Part shown: in pieces, positions 41,710-54,479 of the stretch
How positions within the stretch are numbered: position 1 is the stretch's first letter
Layout of the letters: each line of letters begins with the position of its first letter
NCBI GenBank assembly: GCA_951406725.2
Contig: OX597816.1
Coordinates: 67,642,001 to 67,706,000, forward strand
Direction of reading: 5' to 3'
DNA: 64,000 bases
Source: Octopus vulgaris
Taxonomy: Eukaryota
The notes under the pieces: generated by a model
Databases searched by the model: none
Told to the model about the DNA's origin: nothing
Seen by the model: the letters and a program-made list of their open reading frames with translations, nothing else
Made by a program: the position numbers and the translations under genes

Positions 41710-42143
41710 TCCTTTTCTACTCTAGATACAAGGCCCAAGATTTTGGGTGAGGGGGCCAGTCAATTAGATCGACCCCAGTACGCAACTGGTTCTTAATTTA
41801 TCGAGCATGAAAGGCAAAGTCGACCTCGGCGGAATTTGAACTCAGAACGTAAAGACAGACTAAATACCTATTTCTTTACTACCCACAAGGAGCTAAACAC
41901 AGAGAGGACAAACAAGGACCGACAAACGGATTAAGTCGATTATATCGACCCAAGTGCGTAACTGGTACTTATTTAATCGACCCCGAAAGGATGAAAGGCA
42001 AAGTCGACCTCGGCGGAATTTGAACTCAGAACGAAAAACAGCTAAGCATTTCGCCGACGAAAAAAACCGCTAAGCATTTCGCAGACGAAAAACCGCTAAG
42101 CATTTCGCCCGGCGTGCTAACCCTTCTGCCAGCTCGGCGCCTT
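41710..42143 (-). mobile_element. SINE family B, dimeric copy
   Basis: Same as above, with an internal triplication of gacgaaaaaccgctaagcatttcgc at 42033-42110. Confidence 0.85.
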
Positions 42144-42278
42144 TAATCAAATATATATCGTGTATACTATGATGTACTGTAGAACATGTCTAAAGGGATT
42201 TTTGCCAATATTGTTCATTTACGATGATTGTAAATAATTCGTTTGATAATACGTGTGCACACAGATAAAGTAGGGCAT

Positions 42279-42320
42279 CTGTCCGTTCGTTTCGTCTCTT
42301 TTTCGTGTCTTCATCAGCAA
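42279..42320 (-). ncRNA. Decayed hammerhead-like motif
   Basis: Minus strand: TTG-CTGATGA-A-GACAC-gaaaaa-GAGAC-GAAAC-gaac-GGA-CAG. Spacing is correct but stem II has two A-A mismatches and the triplet is GGA (no U16.1), so it is probably dead. Confidence 0.4.
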
Positions 42321-43024
42321 CTGTGCACTTCCTCGAACTATTCACTAACACATTGCTTACAAACCCACAAGTATTTGAAGTCAAACCGAACAGACCAATT
42401 TATGCATTTAACACTTTCTATGTTATGTATGTATGTATTACGGATATTATATAACATGTTTGTGTGCGTGTATTCACACACATAAACATGTTATATAATC
42501 TCTATTATATATATGGCGCATTTTAGCATGTATGCTTGTCATGTATGCGTGTACATATATCATATGTATATCGCTCTTCCTCTTTCTTATATATATATAT
42601 ATAAAACACTTGTATTTTTTCACTGTAGATAAAGCATTAAAACATTCTTTTTTATTTCCATTTTCATTTAATTGCATCGTTAAGTTTGACAGTTAAAATG
42701 TAGAAGTGGTGACCTTTTCCTTGGTGACACCCTCCTTCTCTTCCTGCTACTCTATAGGTCAAGCTATTCCGGTATTTAATATTAAAAAGGTAATATGAAA
42801 TATATTCAACAAAAACATTTACCCAGGCATAGTTAAAATAGTAAAGTGGGTTCGTGATGTTAGTGTGTAGTTTCTAGTTCAAAACTGATTCAGCAGATCT
42901 GTTATTAAATCCCATTTTGTCTTTAAGTCATAACGCATCCAGAATACATCATACGACGTCTTGTCTTTCTTGTTTAAGACTGCAGGGCACTATACGATTT
43001 AAATTTCATTGCTATTTCCTGTAG

Positions 43025-43170
43025 AGCGGGCATGGATAATAACGTTTTTCGAGAAGAAGGCCGCATGAAACGTGGCTCGTTATTAGGGAGGCCGCACTAC
43101 AAAAAAGGGAATTTTTTCGTTAGGCGTGCCATTCAAAAAGTCCTGCGGGCCGTAGTTTGCCCTTGATGCT
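43025..43170. mobile_element. Short hAT-like MITE remnant
   Basis: Repeated ggccgca / gcgggccgtagtttgccc subterminal motifs typical of hAT-derived MITEs. Confidence 0.4.
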
Positions 43171-43259
43171 TAGCGACTAGTCAGTCACGAAATACATCAT
43201 GACTGAACGGGAGTTATTTGACTTTTACAATTCTGGTTTAGCCAGAAGGTCAGCCGTTT

Positions 43260-44612
43260 TGAAAGGAGGAATCTAGGCGATTATATCAAGCCCAGTACCT
43301 GGCTAGTATTTTATTTTATCATCCCCGAAAGGGTGAACGGTGAGGTTGACCTGTATTATATATATATGGTGAAATTGACCTCGGTGGAATTTTAACTCAG
43401 AACATAAAGTGACGGCTAAGCATTTTTTTCAATGCGTTAACGATTCTTATTTCTTTATTGCCCACAAGGGGCTAAACATAGAGGAAACAAACAAGGACAG
43501 AAAAAGGGATTAAGCCGATTACATCGACCTCAGTGCGTAACTAGTATTTATGTAATCGACCCCGAAAGGACGAAAGGCTAAGTCAACCTCGGTGGAATTT
43601 GAACTCAGAACGAAGCGGCAGACGAAATACCGCTCAACATTTCGCCCAGCGTGCTAACGTTGTTGCCAGCTCGTCGCTTTAATGATTTCAAATTCTGACA
43701 CTAGGCCAGTAATCCTGAGAGAAGAGTGAAGTCGATTACATTGACCCTGGTATTCAACAGTTACTTTATTTTATCAACTCCGAAAGGATGAAAGGCAATG
43801 CTGACCTTTGAACTCTGAACGCAAAGAGCCGGAAGAAATATTGCTAAGCATTTTCTCCGGCGTGCTAACAATTCTACTCGCTCGTCGCCTTATGCATTAT
43901 AATTAATACGTTAACACTAACATTAACAACGGATTGGTGCTGTAATGGTTATAATTAGTAGTCACCACTCCTAGATTAACCCATTGTCGAGTAGAACTCT
44001 TACAAAACAGACGACGATTCCAGTCTGTTTACAGACAGGCTATATCAAGCTCTACTTAAGGCTGCGAGCTGGCTGAAACGTTAGCACGTCGGGCGAAATG
44101 CGTAGCCGTTTTTCGTCTGCCGCTACGTTCTGAGTTCAAATTCCGCCGAGGTCGACTTTGCCTTTCATCCTTTCGGGGTCGATTAAATAAGTACAAGTTG
44201 CGCACTGTGGTCGATATAATCGACTTAATCCGCTTGTTTGTCCTTGTTTGTCCGCTCTGTGTTTAGCCCCTTGTGGGTAGTAAAGAAATAGGTATTTAGT
44301 CCGCCGTTAAAGTTCTGAGTTCAAATTCCGCCGAGGTCGATGAAATAAGTACCAGTTACGCACTGGGGTCGATGTGATTGACTTAATTCGTTTGTCTGTC
44401 CTTGTTTGTCCCTTCTATGTTTAGCCCCTTGTGGGCGAAATGCTTAGCGGTATTTCGTCTGTCTTTACGTTCTGAGTTCAAATTCCTCCGAGGTCGATTT
44501 GCCTTTCATCCTTTCGTGGTCGTTAAATTAAGTACCTGTTGCGTACTGGGGTCGATCTAATCGACTGGCCCCCTCCCCCAAAATTTCGGGCTTTATGCCT
44601 AGAGTAGAAAAG
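43260..44612. mobile_element. SINE family B cluster (minus-strand multimer 43260-43890; plus-strand trimer 44058-44612)
   Basis: Repeated family B cores. Other copies lie at about 1-385, 4370-5100, 16430-17235, 19030-19270, 28198-28303, 38070-38492, 47022-47255, 48225-48470, 55318-55520 and 56640-57215. Confidence 0.8.
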
Positions 44613-44659
44613 CCCTACTTTACTCTATGAGTCAGTCGGTTGTTGCTGCTGTTGCTGTT

Positions 44660-45025
44660 GAGCGAACGGTCTTCGTCCCAGAGCTCGCAGTGGGAGAAGT
44701 CCGAATCGTGGTCCTTTGCTATTCGTAAGACCCGCAGAAGAGAAAGCACGTCAACCCCAGACACCGAGAGCATCGACGGATGGATGAATGCGCATCCAGG
44801 CTCAGTGGTTGCGTAGGAAGTCGGGGACAAGAAACAAGACGAAAGAGTGAGAGAAAGTTGGGGCGAAAGAGTACAACAGGGGTCGCCACCAACCCCTGCC
44901 GGAACCTCGTGGAGCTTTAGGTGTTTTCGCTCAATAAACACACATAACGCCCGGTCTGGGAATCGAAACCGCGATCCTCCGACCGCGAGTCCGCTGCCCT
45001 AACCACTGGGTCATAGAGCCCCCAC
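44660..45025 (-). mobile_element. SINE family C copy
   Basis: Reverse complement of 63227-63590; the spurious ORFs 44615- and 63303+ are near identical. Confidence 0.85.
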
Positions 45026-46341
45026 TGCTGCTGTTACTCAACTCCGAGTCAATGTTGACAAATCAGCCGTGATCCTCCCAACTTCCTGTATATCAGGTTC
45101 TGCATTATCCAATGCGTCTATTTGTTTATCTTTCATTTGTTGCAGTTATTGGACAGTGACCATGCTGGGGCACCACCTTCGAAGGGTTTAGTGGGAAAAT
45201 AATGGAACTCAGTACTTAACTTTTTAAGTGTGGTACTTATTCTATTTGTTTTGCCGAACCGCTTGATTACAGGCCCCCATTACTGTGGGGAGACATACAA
45301 ACACAAAGGCACACACACGCACACACACACATATACACAAGACAGGCTTTCACACAGTTTCCATCTATCAAATTCATTCACAAGGGATTGGTCCACCAGG
45401 GTTTATACTAGAAGGTACTTGCCCATGGTGCCGTACAGTGGGATTGGAACCGAAACCGTGTGGTTGGAAAGTGAAGAGAGTAGGGCGAAATTAGAGGGTA
45501 ATTTGGCTATAAGTTTCAGCAAATCAAACGATTATGAAATGACTATATCGTCGGTCGGGACAAAATTTGTTCAGAATAATTTGAAGGCGATTTGGCTGTT
45601 ATTTCTAGCAGGCTAAGCTGCCGTCTGGAGGTACCCTTGTTGGTTCTCTCTCCCTCTTCTTCTGCTGCTGTTGTAAAGGTTGGGTGTGGTGTTCGTCATC
45701 TCTATCTTCGTCGTCGCTGTTTATATTTTTCCCGAGTGTTTGGTGAGACTGTACTTCAAACACTTCGTCTACAACTAGGTTCTCACAGTTTCCAATTTCC
45801 ACTGCTTATCTTCTTCAACATAAAAGACAAGTGTTCTGTTGTCTTTTGCAAGACAATTCGTCACCGAAACCTACAGCTGTAACAAGAAATCTACGGAAGC
45901 AACGCAACAACGGAATTGCATTACATAACTATTCACGATAATGTATCCCTTGAGAACGAACAAACATCTTTTTTCAGAACGAAAAATGTCACACACTCGC
46001 AGTTTTAGATAATTACATCATGTAACAGTTATGATAGACATTTAGGATATACATATGACAGTTACATACGTTTCTCTTTATTTAGTGATAGCATTGTAAA
46101 TTGTCAAAAGAGCTTTCCCCTATTACATCCGTGACCTGGTCACTGTCACGTTTCCGTACATGTTGATAATGAATAATACATACACGACACACATACATTA
46201 AACGGAAGTATAATACAGACCCAAGTACAAGGATATGACATTCACGAACATGTGTGTATCCGTGTGTGGTGTGTGTGTATATAAATATATATATATATAT
46301 ATATATGCACACACACACACATATATGCACACACACATATG

Positions 46342-46374
<33 letters not shown>

Positions 46375-46928
46375 GCACACACATACACACATATATATAT
46401 CTTCTCGACTTACGACATATGCGACGGGCATCCGCACTTACGACCACAAATACGGAATAAATAAATAAATCGATTTTCAGACGTTGGGCAGCTGCGCGAA
46501 AGATAACTATGGCAGCATCTGGCAACGCAGGCCATCCTCAGACCCAGACATCTACTGCCTGGCACTGTTTCTTTCAAGCATCAGTTGCTTTTGAATAAAA
46601 ATAGTATCGTAAAATATAAGTTTGAAATATGTAAATACGTGTTCGTTTCTCTTTTTGTCCATCTGTGATTTTATTTTTGATCTATATAAATGAAGATATT
46701 TCTTCCGTCTGGCTGCTTTTCTTTCTGCAATACGAGAAGTTACACTGCAGAACTGTTATTTTCACGAGTTATATTTATTTATCACCTGACGAAATACGTC
46801 TACACCACCGGATGCTCCTGAACCAGTTGTTGAGTGTCCCACACATGAGAGATCGATGTTAGATGTATCGAAACAATTGTTGTGATTAATAATAAATTCT
46901 CGTATATTATCTTCTGTCTCCCATTTGC

Positions 46929-46959
<31 letters not shown>

Positions 46960-48089
46960 CTCGCCTGGCTCTCCGTCAGTTACAACGACGAGGGTTCTAG
47001 TTGATACGCCTTGTGCTATGAAAGGCGGCGAGCTGGCAGAAACGTTAGCAGGCCGGGCGAAATGCGTAGCCGTATTTCGTCTGCCGTTACGTTCTGAGTT
47101 CAAATTCCGCCGAGGTCGACTTTGCTTTTCCTCCTTTCGGGGTCGATTAAATAAAGTCCAGTTTCGCACTGGGGCCTATGTAATCGACTTAATCCCTTTG
47201 TCTGTCCTTGTTTGTCCCCTCTATGTTTATCCCCTTGTGGGCAATAAAGAAATATATAAAATTTGTGCCACGTTTGCTGATAAATGAACAAAAGAAAAAA
47301 ATGAAGACTCGTGACACAATCTGTTAGGATCTGTTCGATGGTTCAAACTCGTTTTCAAGAAAGACAGTACTCATGCCTTTTGCGAATGTTTCCAGACTCG
47401 TGGGACGTGTTCAGTTGGAACATTGTACAGGTGAATCACTGTAGAAAATGCAGAAAGGAGTGGGTAGGGAACCGAATACTTGCAACGAAAAGACTTATGC
47501 TACATACATCCAATGAGCAGGTGGTTGGTGTTGAAACCTGGTGGCGTGTGCAATCTAATACCCAAGAGAAGGAACCATGTAACTGGTTCAAAGGATTATA
47601 ACACTGAGTGAACTTCACTAAAGACATCAGAAGAGCATGTGATATCAAACAGAAGTTCGAAAGACAACGTCAGCTTAAGTGGAATTAGAACACAAAATGT
47701 AAAAGGATACAATAACACACACACAAATGAACTTGCATTAGGTTTCATGCTTTTGATAAAATAAATATGGAAAACAAAAATCGATAATAAAAATATAGAA
47801 AAGGAGAAGATTTTCTTGAAAACTGAATTTTCATTCTTCGAAATCTTTCGAGTGGAAAATTGTGTATTTATCGCCTGAAATGAACTTTATATATCATTGT
47901 AAACCAATGACATTTGAGAAATGACTCGTAAATGTTAGGATGTTTCACGAAAATCAAAAGCTTTCCATATCTGGTTCGTTCCGGTTGAATTTGACAGAAA
48001 AGCTTGCATGCTTCACATACCAAATGCATGAGAAATGCTTTTAACAACATCCAAGTGTGTCAAATCCTTCTCTTTGTTTGTTTTTATAG

Positions 48090-48111
48090 GACAGTGACTA
48101 CATGAATCAGA
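48090..48111 (+). CDS. Candidate 22-nt micro-exon upstream of the CUB exons (DSDYMNQ+A)
   Basis: Strong acceptor ccttctctttgtttgtttttatag|, donor A|gtaatt. Read in phase 0 it is open and ends in phase 1, matching the CUB exon (A|TG gives Met-Lys-Cys-Gly-Gly). Splice-signal inference only. Confidence 0.35.
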
Positions 48112-49618
48112 GTAATTACGATGTCGTCTCTCTCTTATTTCTTTAAAATATAAATAGTCGTAGTGGTGGAGAGCGTCATTAGACAAAATCTAATCTTCAC
48201 ATAGAAACAATCACTTCTGAGCAGTAGCTGGCAGAAACGTTAGCACGCCGGGCGAAATGCGTAGCCGTATTTCGTCTGCCGTTACGTTCTGAGTTCAAAT
48301 TCCTCCGAGGTCGACTTTGCCTTTCATCCTTTCGCGGTCGATCAATTAAGTACCGGTTACGCACTGGGGTCGATATAATCGACTTAATCCGTCTGTCTGT
48401 CCTTGTTTGTCTCCTCTGTGTTTAGCCCGTTGTGGGTAGTTAAGAAATAGGTATTTCGTCTGTCTTTACGTTTATAGGCACAGGAGTGGCTTACCAGCCA
48501 TATGGTTCCGGGTTCAGTCTCACTGCGTGGCACCTTGGGCAAGTGTCTTCTACTATAGCCTCGGACCAACCAAAGCCTTGTGAGTGGATTTGGTAGACGG
48601 AAACTGAAAGAAGCCCGTCGTATATATGTATGTGTGTGTGTATGTTTGTGTGTCTGTGTTCGTCCCCCCAAATAACATATATTCGACGGGATTCTTTCAG
48701 TATCCACCTACCAAATCCACTCACTTCGGCCCGAAGCTATAGTAGAAGACACTAGCCGAAGGTGCCGCGCTGTGAAACTGAAATCGGAACGATGTGGTTT
48801 GGAAGCAAGCTTCTTACCACACAGCCGCGCCTGTCTATAAATTATTCTTTGTTCTACTCCATACGACCCTTGAGGGTTCGTATAAGATTTTGTTATTAAA
48901 ACTGATGTGCAATAAAATCGGTTATACTTCTACTACACACAAAATATTTTGAACAATTTTTTTGTCTACAATTCTTATTACAAAAATGTAAATAGGATTC
49001 TATAGACACCAGTTGGCTATGATTATCCACCCGAGCAAAATAGGAATCAAAGACGTCGGTAGGTTAAAAAGGAAATGGTTTAGACTCATTGTTCTAGTTA
49101 TTTAATCTCAACTCAGTCTTGAACCAGTAGGCCTATTGGCAAAATCCTTCCAGCTGTGACCATCCAATCTTTTATTCGGACGTATCGAATATTACATCAT
49201 CTAGTGTATCTTTTGTTTTAAAGACGACCGGGTGTGATTTAAGGGAGATTTGGCTGTTATTTCTAAAAGTCGAATGCTTATTCATAGGTTCTTTTGTGTG
49301 AGAGAATGTTTTTCACAGTAAAGAACGTAATCTGTGGCGTAGCTCGAGTGCATACCACCCGAAGTAGCACTTGAGTTTGCATCCCCACCCCAGCAAAAAA
49401 ATACAGCTTATACAGGCTTTTACAGCAGACCCAAAAGTGCCCCCATCACTACCACGACCACCACCACAGCGTCGCCCGAAATTGGCTGCTCTTCTCACCC
49501 AACTACGCTACCAAACATAATCAATTCCCCGTTCTTAAATCTTCGAGTTATTCTTTTGACTTACGAACGTAATTCAATTTACCATATCTAATCAATGGCT
49601 TCTTTTTTCTTCTTTCAG

Positions 49619-49781
49619 TGAAATGTGGGGGAAGGATCCGAGAGACAGCGGGTTCAATCATAAGTCCAAACTATCCTGATGATTACCCACCAAACGCGGA
49701 CTGCGTTTGGGTAATACATGTTCCCAAACCGTTCTTTGTTATTATCCATTCAACGTTTTTTCGCTTGGAAAACGACTGCAA
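49619..49781 (+). CDS. CUB-domain protein, exon encoding the N-terminal half of the CUB domain
   Basis: Polypyrimidine acceptor ttcttttttcttctttcag|TG, then (x)KCGGRIRETAGSIISPNYPDDYPPNADCVWVIHVPKPFFVIIHSTFFRLENDC(N), donor AA|gtaagt. CGG..SPNYP..YP....C.W.I is the classic CUB signature. Phase 1 start, phase 2 end. Not in the ORF track. Confidence 0.95.
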
Positions 49782-50301
49782 GTAAGTAATGAAATTTGAC
49801 AGAAGCTTTTTAGTTCGTTTTTCATTTCGATATTTAGTCCTCGACCAGAATTAATTGCGTAGATCTGCGACCTAAAGCATTTTAACCGTAATAGTCTCGT
49901 CATTTTGCATATCTTGGCCCTTCTCATCGTATCTCATCTTCGCCCACTTATTCTTGGGAGGTCGTTGGGGAAGAATCCACCGGGTCCTATTAGAGCTATG
50001 GTCTCCAACTGATACTGGTGGATCCCCAAGCGAGACCAATCGAGCTCATGGATGTTATCCAACTATCTTGCTCATAGTCTATCCCGGAGCGTTAGGTGAC
50101 ACTTAACTCCGGAAAACACTCTCATAACCCAGTGATGTAGGTACGACGAGGCGAGTAAAGACTACCTATAAAAAAATAAAAGCCTAGTCTTCACGAATCT
50201 GAGATACTGTTTAAATACATTCCTCCCAAGACTAAGCCATTACATGATACAAATTGTTGATTTTAAAAAATAATTCCATTTTATTTATTTTTCAATTACA
50301 G

Positions 50302-50495
50302 TTTTGATCAGTTGGTTATAGAAGACTATGGCCACACATACAATTCAAAGAGTGGCGATAAACAAACATTTTGTGGAAGGATGTTTGTTTATTTTAAATC
50401 TGTTACCAATAAAGTGAGGATTACCTTCAAGTCGGACTTTGGTACTAACTACAAAGGATTCAATTTAAAGTTTTATTCTATGGATAATAGTTTCG
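50302..50495 (+). CDS. CUB-domain protein, exon encoding the C-terminal half of the CUB domain
   Basis: Acceptor ttatttttcaattacag|T completes AAT (Asn) with the upstream exon; reads FDQLVIEDYGHTYNSKSGDKQTFCGRMFVYFKSVTNKVRITFKSDFGTNYKGFNLKFYSMDNSF(G), donor G|gtgagt. FCG and F.SD....KGF motifs present; 163+194=357 nt, a symmetric phase 1-1 module. Confidence 0.95.
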
Positions 50496-50524
50496 GTGAG
50501 TATTACGCTTGTAAAAATTAAACA

Positions 50525-50760
50525 ATTTCTGTTGTGGGTTTCTGAAAGTACAGTGTAGTAGTGGTTGCTCCATCTCTTACTCTAACGTCTTTCATCTCAT
50601 CGCAATTCATCTCCACCGTATCTGACACGTCCGTCATTACCGACAACTTCTGCTTCTGTCCCCTACAAGTGCACTGACTCCAACTACTATCTCCACTCTT
50701 CCTACTCTCACCTTTACTTATCAAATCTACTGTCCTAACCTTTCAATTTGTCACACTTCG
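50525..50760 (-). mobile_element. Decayed LINE (RTE-like) endonuclease fragment
   Basis: Minus-strand peptide DTVEMNCDEMKDVRVRDGATTTTLYF resembles the degraded APE-domain stretch before the SAYAP motif; frameshifted. Confidence 0.35.
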
Positions 50761-51299
50761 ACGGTTATGCAATTCCGGTTTGAAATTCAACATCAAATCC
50801 GGAGAGACACGGTTCGGTTTCTTTGATCGCGAATGTCCTCAATCGGTTGTGGATAACATACTCCCCGAGTCCACCCAGTCAGCTCGTCTACTCTTTATAT
50901 GCAAATGCATGATCAATGTTGACGGACGAAAGCTCTGCAAGTATTTGGCGTCATAAATATGTGTGTGCGCGCATGTAGGTGATCATACACACACCACACA
51001 CACACAGTTTATATGTAAGTGTCTCTGCGTGCATGCATGTCTCTGTTTGGGGTGGACCGTGAAATTGTTTACGGACCGAATAATCTCTATCCTTATTTTT
51101 ACGGACCGAATAATCTCTATCCTCCTTATTTTTCCCTGATAAACATATTCTCTCCGTCCTTGTTCTTGACACTATCAACATCATTCCCTCTTCATTTTTC
51201 TTCTTTCTCCAATTGTTCTTCAACATATTCGCAGACAAATTCTTCACTATTTTCTTACTTCATTTTTCTTCTTCCGACAAAGTTGTCATCGGAAATTAC

Positions 51300-51512
51300 T
51301 CTTTTTTACTTGTTTCAGTCATGTGACTGTGGCTATGCTGGAACACCGCCTTTAGTCGAGCACATCGACCCCAGGACTTATTCTCTGTAAGCCTAGTACT
51401 TATTTTATCGGTCTCTTTTTGCCGAACCGCTAAGTTACGGGGACGTAAACACACCAGCATCGGTTGTCAAGCGATGTTGGGGGGATTAACACAGACACAC
51501 AAACACGCACAT

Positions 51513-51555
<43 letters not shown>

Positions 51556-51718
51556 CGACGGGCTTCTTTCAGTTTCCGTCTACCAAATCCACTCACAAGT
51601 CTTTGGTCGGCCCGAGGCAACAGTAGAAGACACTTACCCAAGGTGCCACGCAGTGGGACTGAACCCGGAACCATGTGGTTGGTAAGCAAGCTACTTACCA
51701 CACAGCCACTCCTAACGG
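51300..51718 (-). mobile_element. SINE family A copy
   Basis: Reverse complement of the family A consensus. Confidence 0.9.
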
Positions 51719-52088
51719 CATACCAACTTGAACATTTGCCTGTCCAAAGCAAAGCCATAAGTTTGTCCGAAACGTCCAATGCTAACTTTTAGCTAACCTT
51801 GGTTTGATACGCTCTGAGTTTTATAAACCTTCGCTTTCATAAGTCCCATGTACGATGCATGGACACCAAGGAAATATGCCTTGTATATATATTATGTGGC
51901 ACAATGGACAAGAAAAATGTTTAAAATAATGCAACTTATGTTGAATTTTATACATATTTTGGGTTACTGGTTCAATCCCATCGAATAAGCTTCCGCGTAG
52001 TAACCGTCTATTCTTAAGTTTCTTTACCGTTTTTCTCTTTTTTCCTTCTTTTACTAGTTTACCATTCTGAATTCACCCCAGTCATGAA

Positions 52089-53174
52089 TGGTACTATTAA
52101 AGAAGTGTGGTCCCTGTGCGCGCACTCGCGTACTCGCGCATCAGCGCTAGCTAGTCGTGACTAGTCGATCCTACAACAATTACCTAGCGCGAGTGTGCGT
52201 ATGCAAATAGATGATTTTTTTAAAACATGAAGTAAATTTTTTTTAGACAAAGTAAATAAAACACAAAATAAATAATTTTTTTAAACAAATAAAACACAAA
52301 ATGATTTTTTTACACAGAGTAAATATTTTTTAAAACAAAGTAAATCATTATTTTTTAAACAAACTAAATAATTTTTTTTTCTAAACAACGTAAATAAAAT
52401 TTTTTTTTAAACAAATTAAATAAAAATAACACACTCCCTGTTTTTGGTACCTCCATCATGCTCTTAAAACGTCGTTTTACGTTCTTCTAATAACTTTCAA
52501 CCGAATTTGTATGAACATTTGTTATAGGATCGACAAAATTTTCGGAATGGTTCATCTTACTTTGTTTAAAAAAAATAATTATTTACTTTGTGCTTTTGTG
52601 TTTTATTTACTTTGTTTTAAAAAACCCTATTTGTTAAAAAAAACAACCTAAGGCGTAGAAGTGGCTGTGTGGTAAGTTGCTTGCTTACCAACCACATGGT
52701 CGCGGGTTCTATCCCACTGCATGGCACCTTGGGCAAGTGTCTACTACTATAGCCACGAGCCGACCAATGCCTTGTGAGTGGATTTGGTAGACAGAAACTG
52801 AAAGAAGCCCGTCGTATATATGTATATATATATGTATATATATATATATGTATGTATGTGTGTGTTTGTGTATCTGCGTTTGTCCTCCCAACATTGCTTG
52901 ACAACCGATGTTGGTCTGTTTGCGTCCCTGTGATTTAGCGGTTCGACAAAAGAGACCGATAAAATAAGTACTACGCTTCCATAGAATAAGTCCTGGGGTC
53001 GATTTGCTCGACTAAAGGCGGTGCTCTAGCATGACCGCAGTCGAGTGACTGAAACAAGTAAAAGAGTTAAAGAGTTTATCTAGCACTCGCGCTAGGTAGT
53101 CATTTTAGGATTGATTAGTCACGACTAGCTAGCGCGAGTGCGCGCACCGGGACCACTCTTCTTAAATAGTACTG
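52089..53174. mobile_element. Non-autonomous DNA transposon (hAT-like) with ~100-bp subterminal inverted repeats and a nested SINE
   Basis: tggtactattaaagaagtgtggtccctgtgcgcgcactcgcg...ctagcgcgagtg is inverted at 53080-53174; A/T-run interior; SINE inserted at 52650-53075. Superfamily assignment is tentative. Confidence 0.6.
52650..53075 (+). mobile_element. SINE family A copy nested in a DNA transposon
   Basis: Full head, spacer and tail. Confidence 0.9.
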
Positions 53175-54012
53175 GCATGAATAAGAAAAAGTAGATTTGC
53201 ATATGACAGTTTCTTGCTTAACATTGACAGCCATTCCTTAAGACCTTAAGGTGTATCTAGCAAAGGCAGTGGGAATAATGAAGTGTTTAAAGTCTAAAAA
53301 CAGTTTTTTCCCATAAAGTCACCAAATCTCAAACTAGAATCATGAAATTTCCCCCACCCCCACGGAGAAATTTCCCGCAGCTCAAGGATTGCTGGTTTAC
53401 TCAGTCTCGCTCACAAAGCTATAAAACAGTTGCGCTATGTGCCACGCAGTGGGATCGAAACCGATACCTCGTGATTGCGAAATGAGCTAAACCGTTCAGG
53501 CACCAATTAAACGTACAAACGACAACCCCTAAGCATAAACAGAAGACCATATCGACTGACAAAACAGCTTCATGACCCATATACACCCAACACAAACAGG
53601 GGAGCTCGATCAAATAGTCACTGAATGTTTATACAAACAGTATATAAGCTGAAAGCTGTAAATATTGTATACAGGGTTCAAATTGCATACGTGTACTTTC
53701 CACTACGACTGTATGCGATACAGAAAGTGCAAATTCTGTAGAAAGTCTCTGTGTAACACAGCATGGGACCTAGAGCATATGTTTGTTTTCAAAACTCTTA
53801 CTATCGAGAAAGTTTGCCCCTGTGAAACATCGAGACATTCCTTCTGCATTCTATAACAGTCTTTGAGAATTGATACGTCGTATCAAATTCTTTCTCCGCC
53901 TTTTCTTGTAATTTACTGTGCAGAAATGGTCTCCTAGCCAAGATACTGCAGTTTAATGTTAATGATACACATACACGTACGTTTGATTGTATATATATAT
54001 ATGCAGTAAGTA

Positions 54013-54061
<49 letters not shown>

Positions 54062-54450
54062 TATGCGTATATATTACAGCAATAGTGTTTATACAAAGTA
54101 ATATGAGAGAGTTAAAATTGTTTTTAAAAAGCCTGTACTATGTAAGTTAGAAATTGAAGAGCAAAACAAGAAATAGTTTATACTTTTACCTTGTGTTTCA
54201 AAAATCTGGAGTTGAAGCTACATTATTATAAAGGAAAGTGATAGGTTTTATTTATTTATTTAGTTGCATAGGCAGTTGACATGCGTACTGGTGCTGTTAC
54301 GACAACAGCTTTACGCACATCACGTATGTTGTTTTAATATGGGTTTACGCTATTAATGAAGATGCTTTCTTTAATTCTCAAATTTTTTATGTTCCGTTGA
54401 TTTACCTTTTATAACCACCATGATATCTTTTGCGAGACATTTCTTCACAG

Positions 54451-54479
54451 GTTTCGTAACGAAAGAACTACTTCTTTGG
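54451..54479 (+). CDS. Candidate 29-nt micro-exon downstream of the CUB exons ((G)FVTKELLLW)
   Basis: Acceptor catttcttcacag|, donor TGG|gtatgt; a phase-1 start is compatible with the preceding CUB exon and stays open. Splice-signal inference only. Confidence 0.3.

Noticed and set aside
41710-44612. Regularly recurring ~40-bp repeats resembling a CRISPR array
   Set aside because: These are SINE B multimer cores in a eukaryotic context; the spacers are not unique and there are no cas genes.
45605-45802. Acidic/Gln-rich ORF that looks protein-like
   Set aside because: In-frame stop immediately upstream, no ATG or in-frame acceptor, and the 3' end runs into a dispersed repeat.
51068-51134. 30-bp tandem duplication (tttacggaccgaataatctctatcct)
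   Set aside because: Simple two-copy slippage duplication with no further structure.
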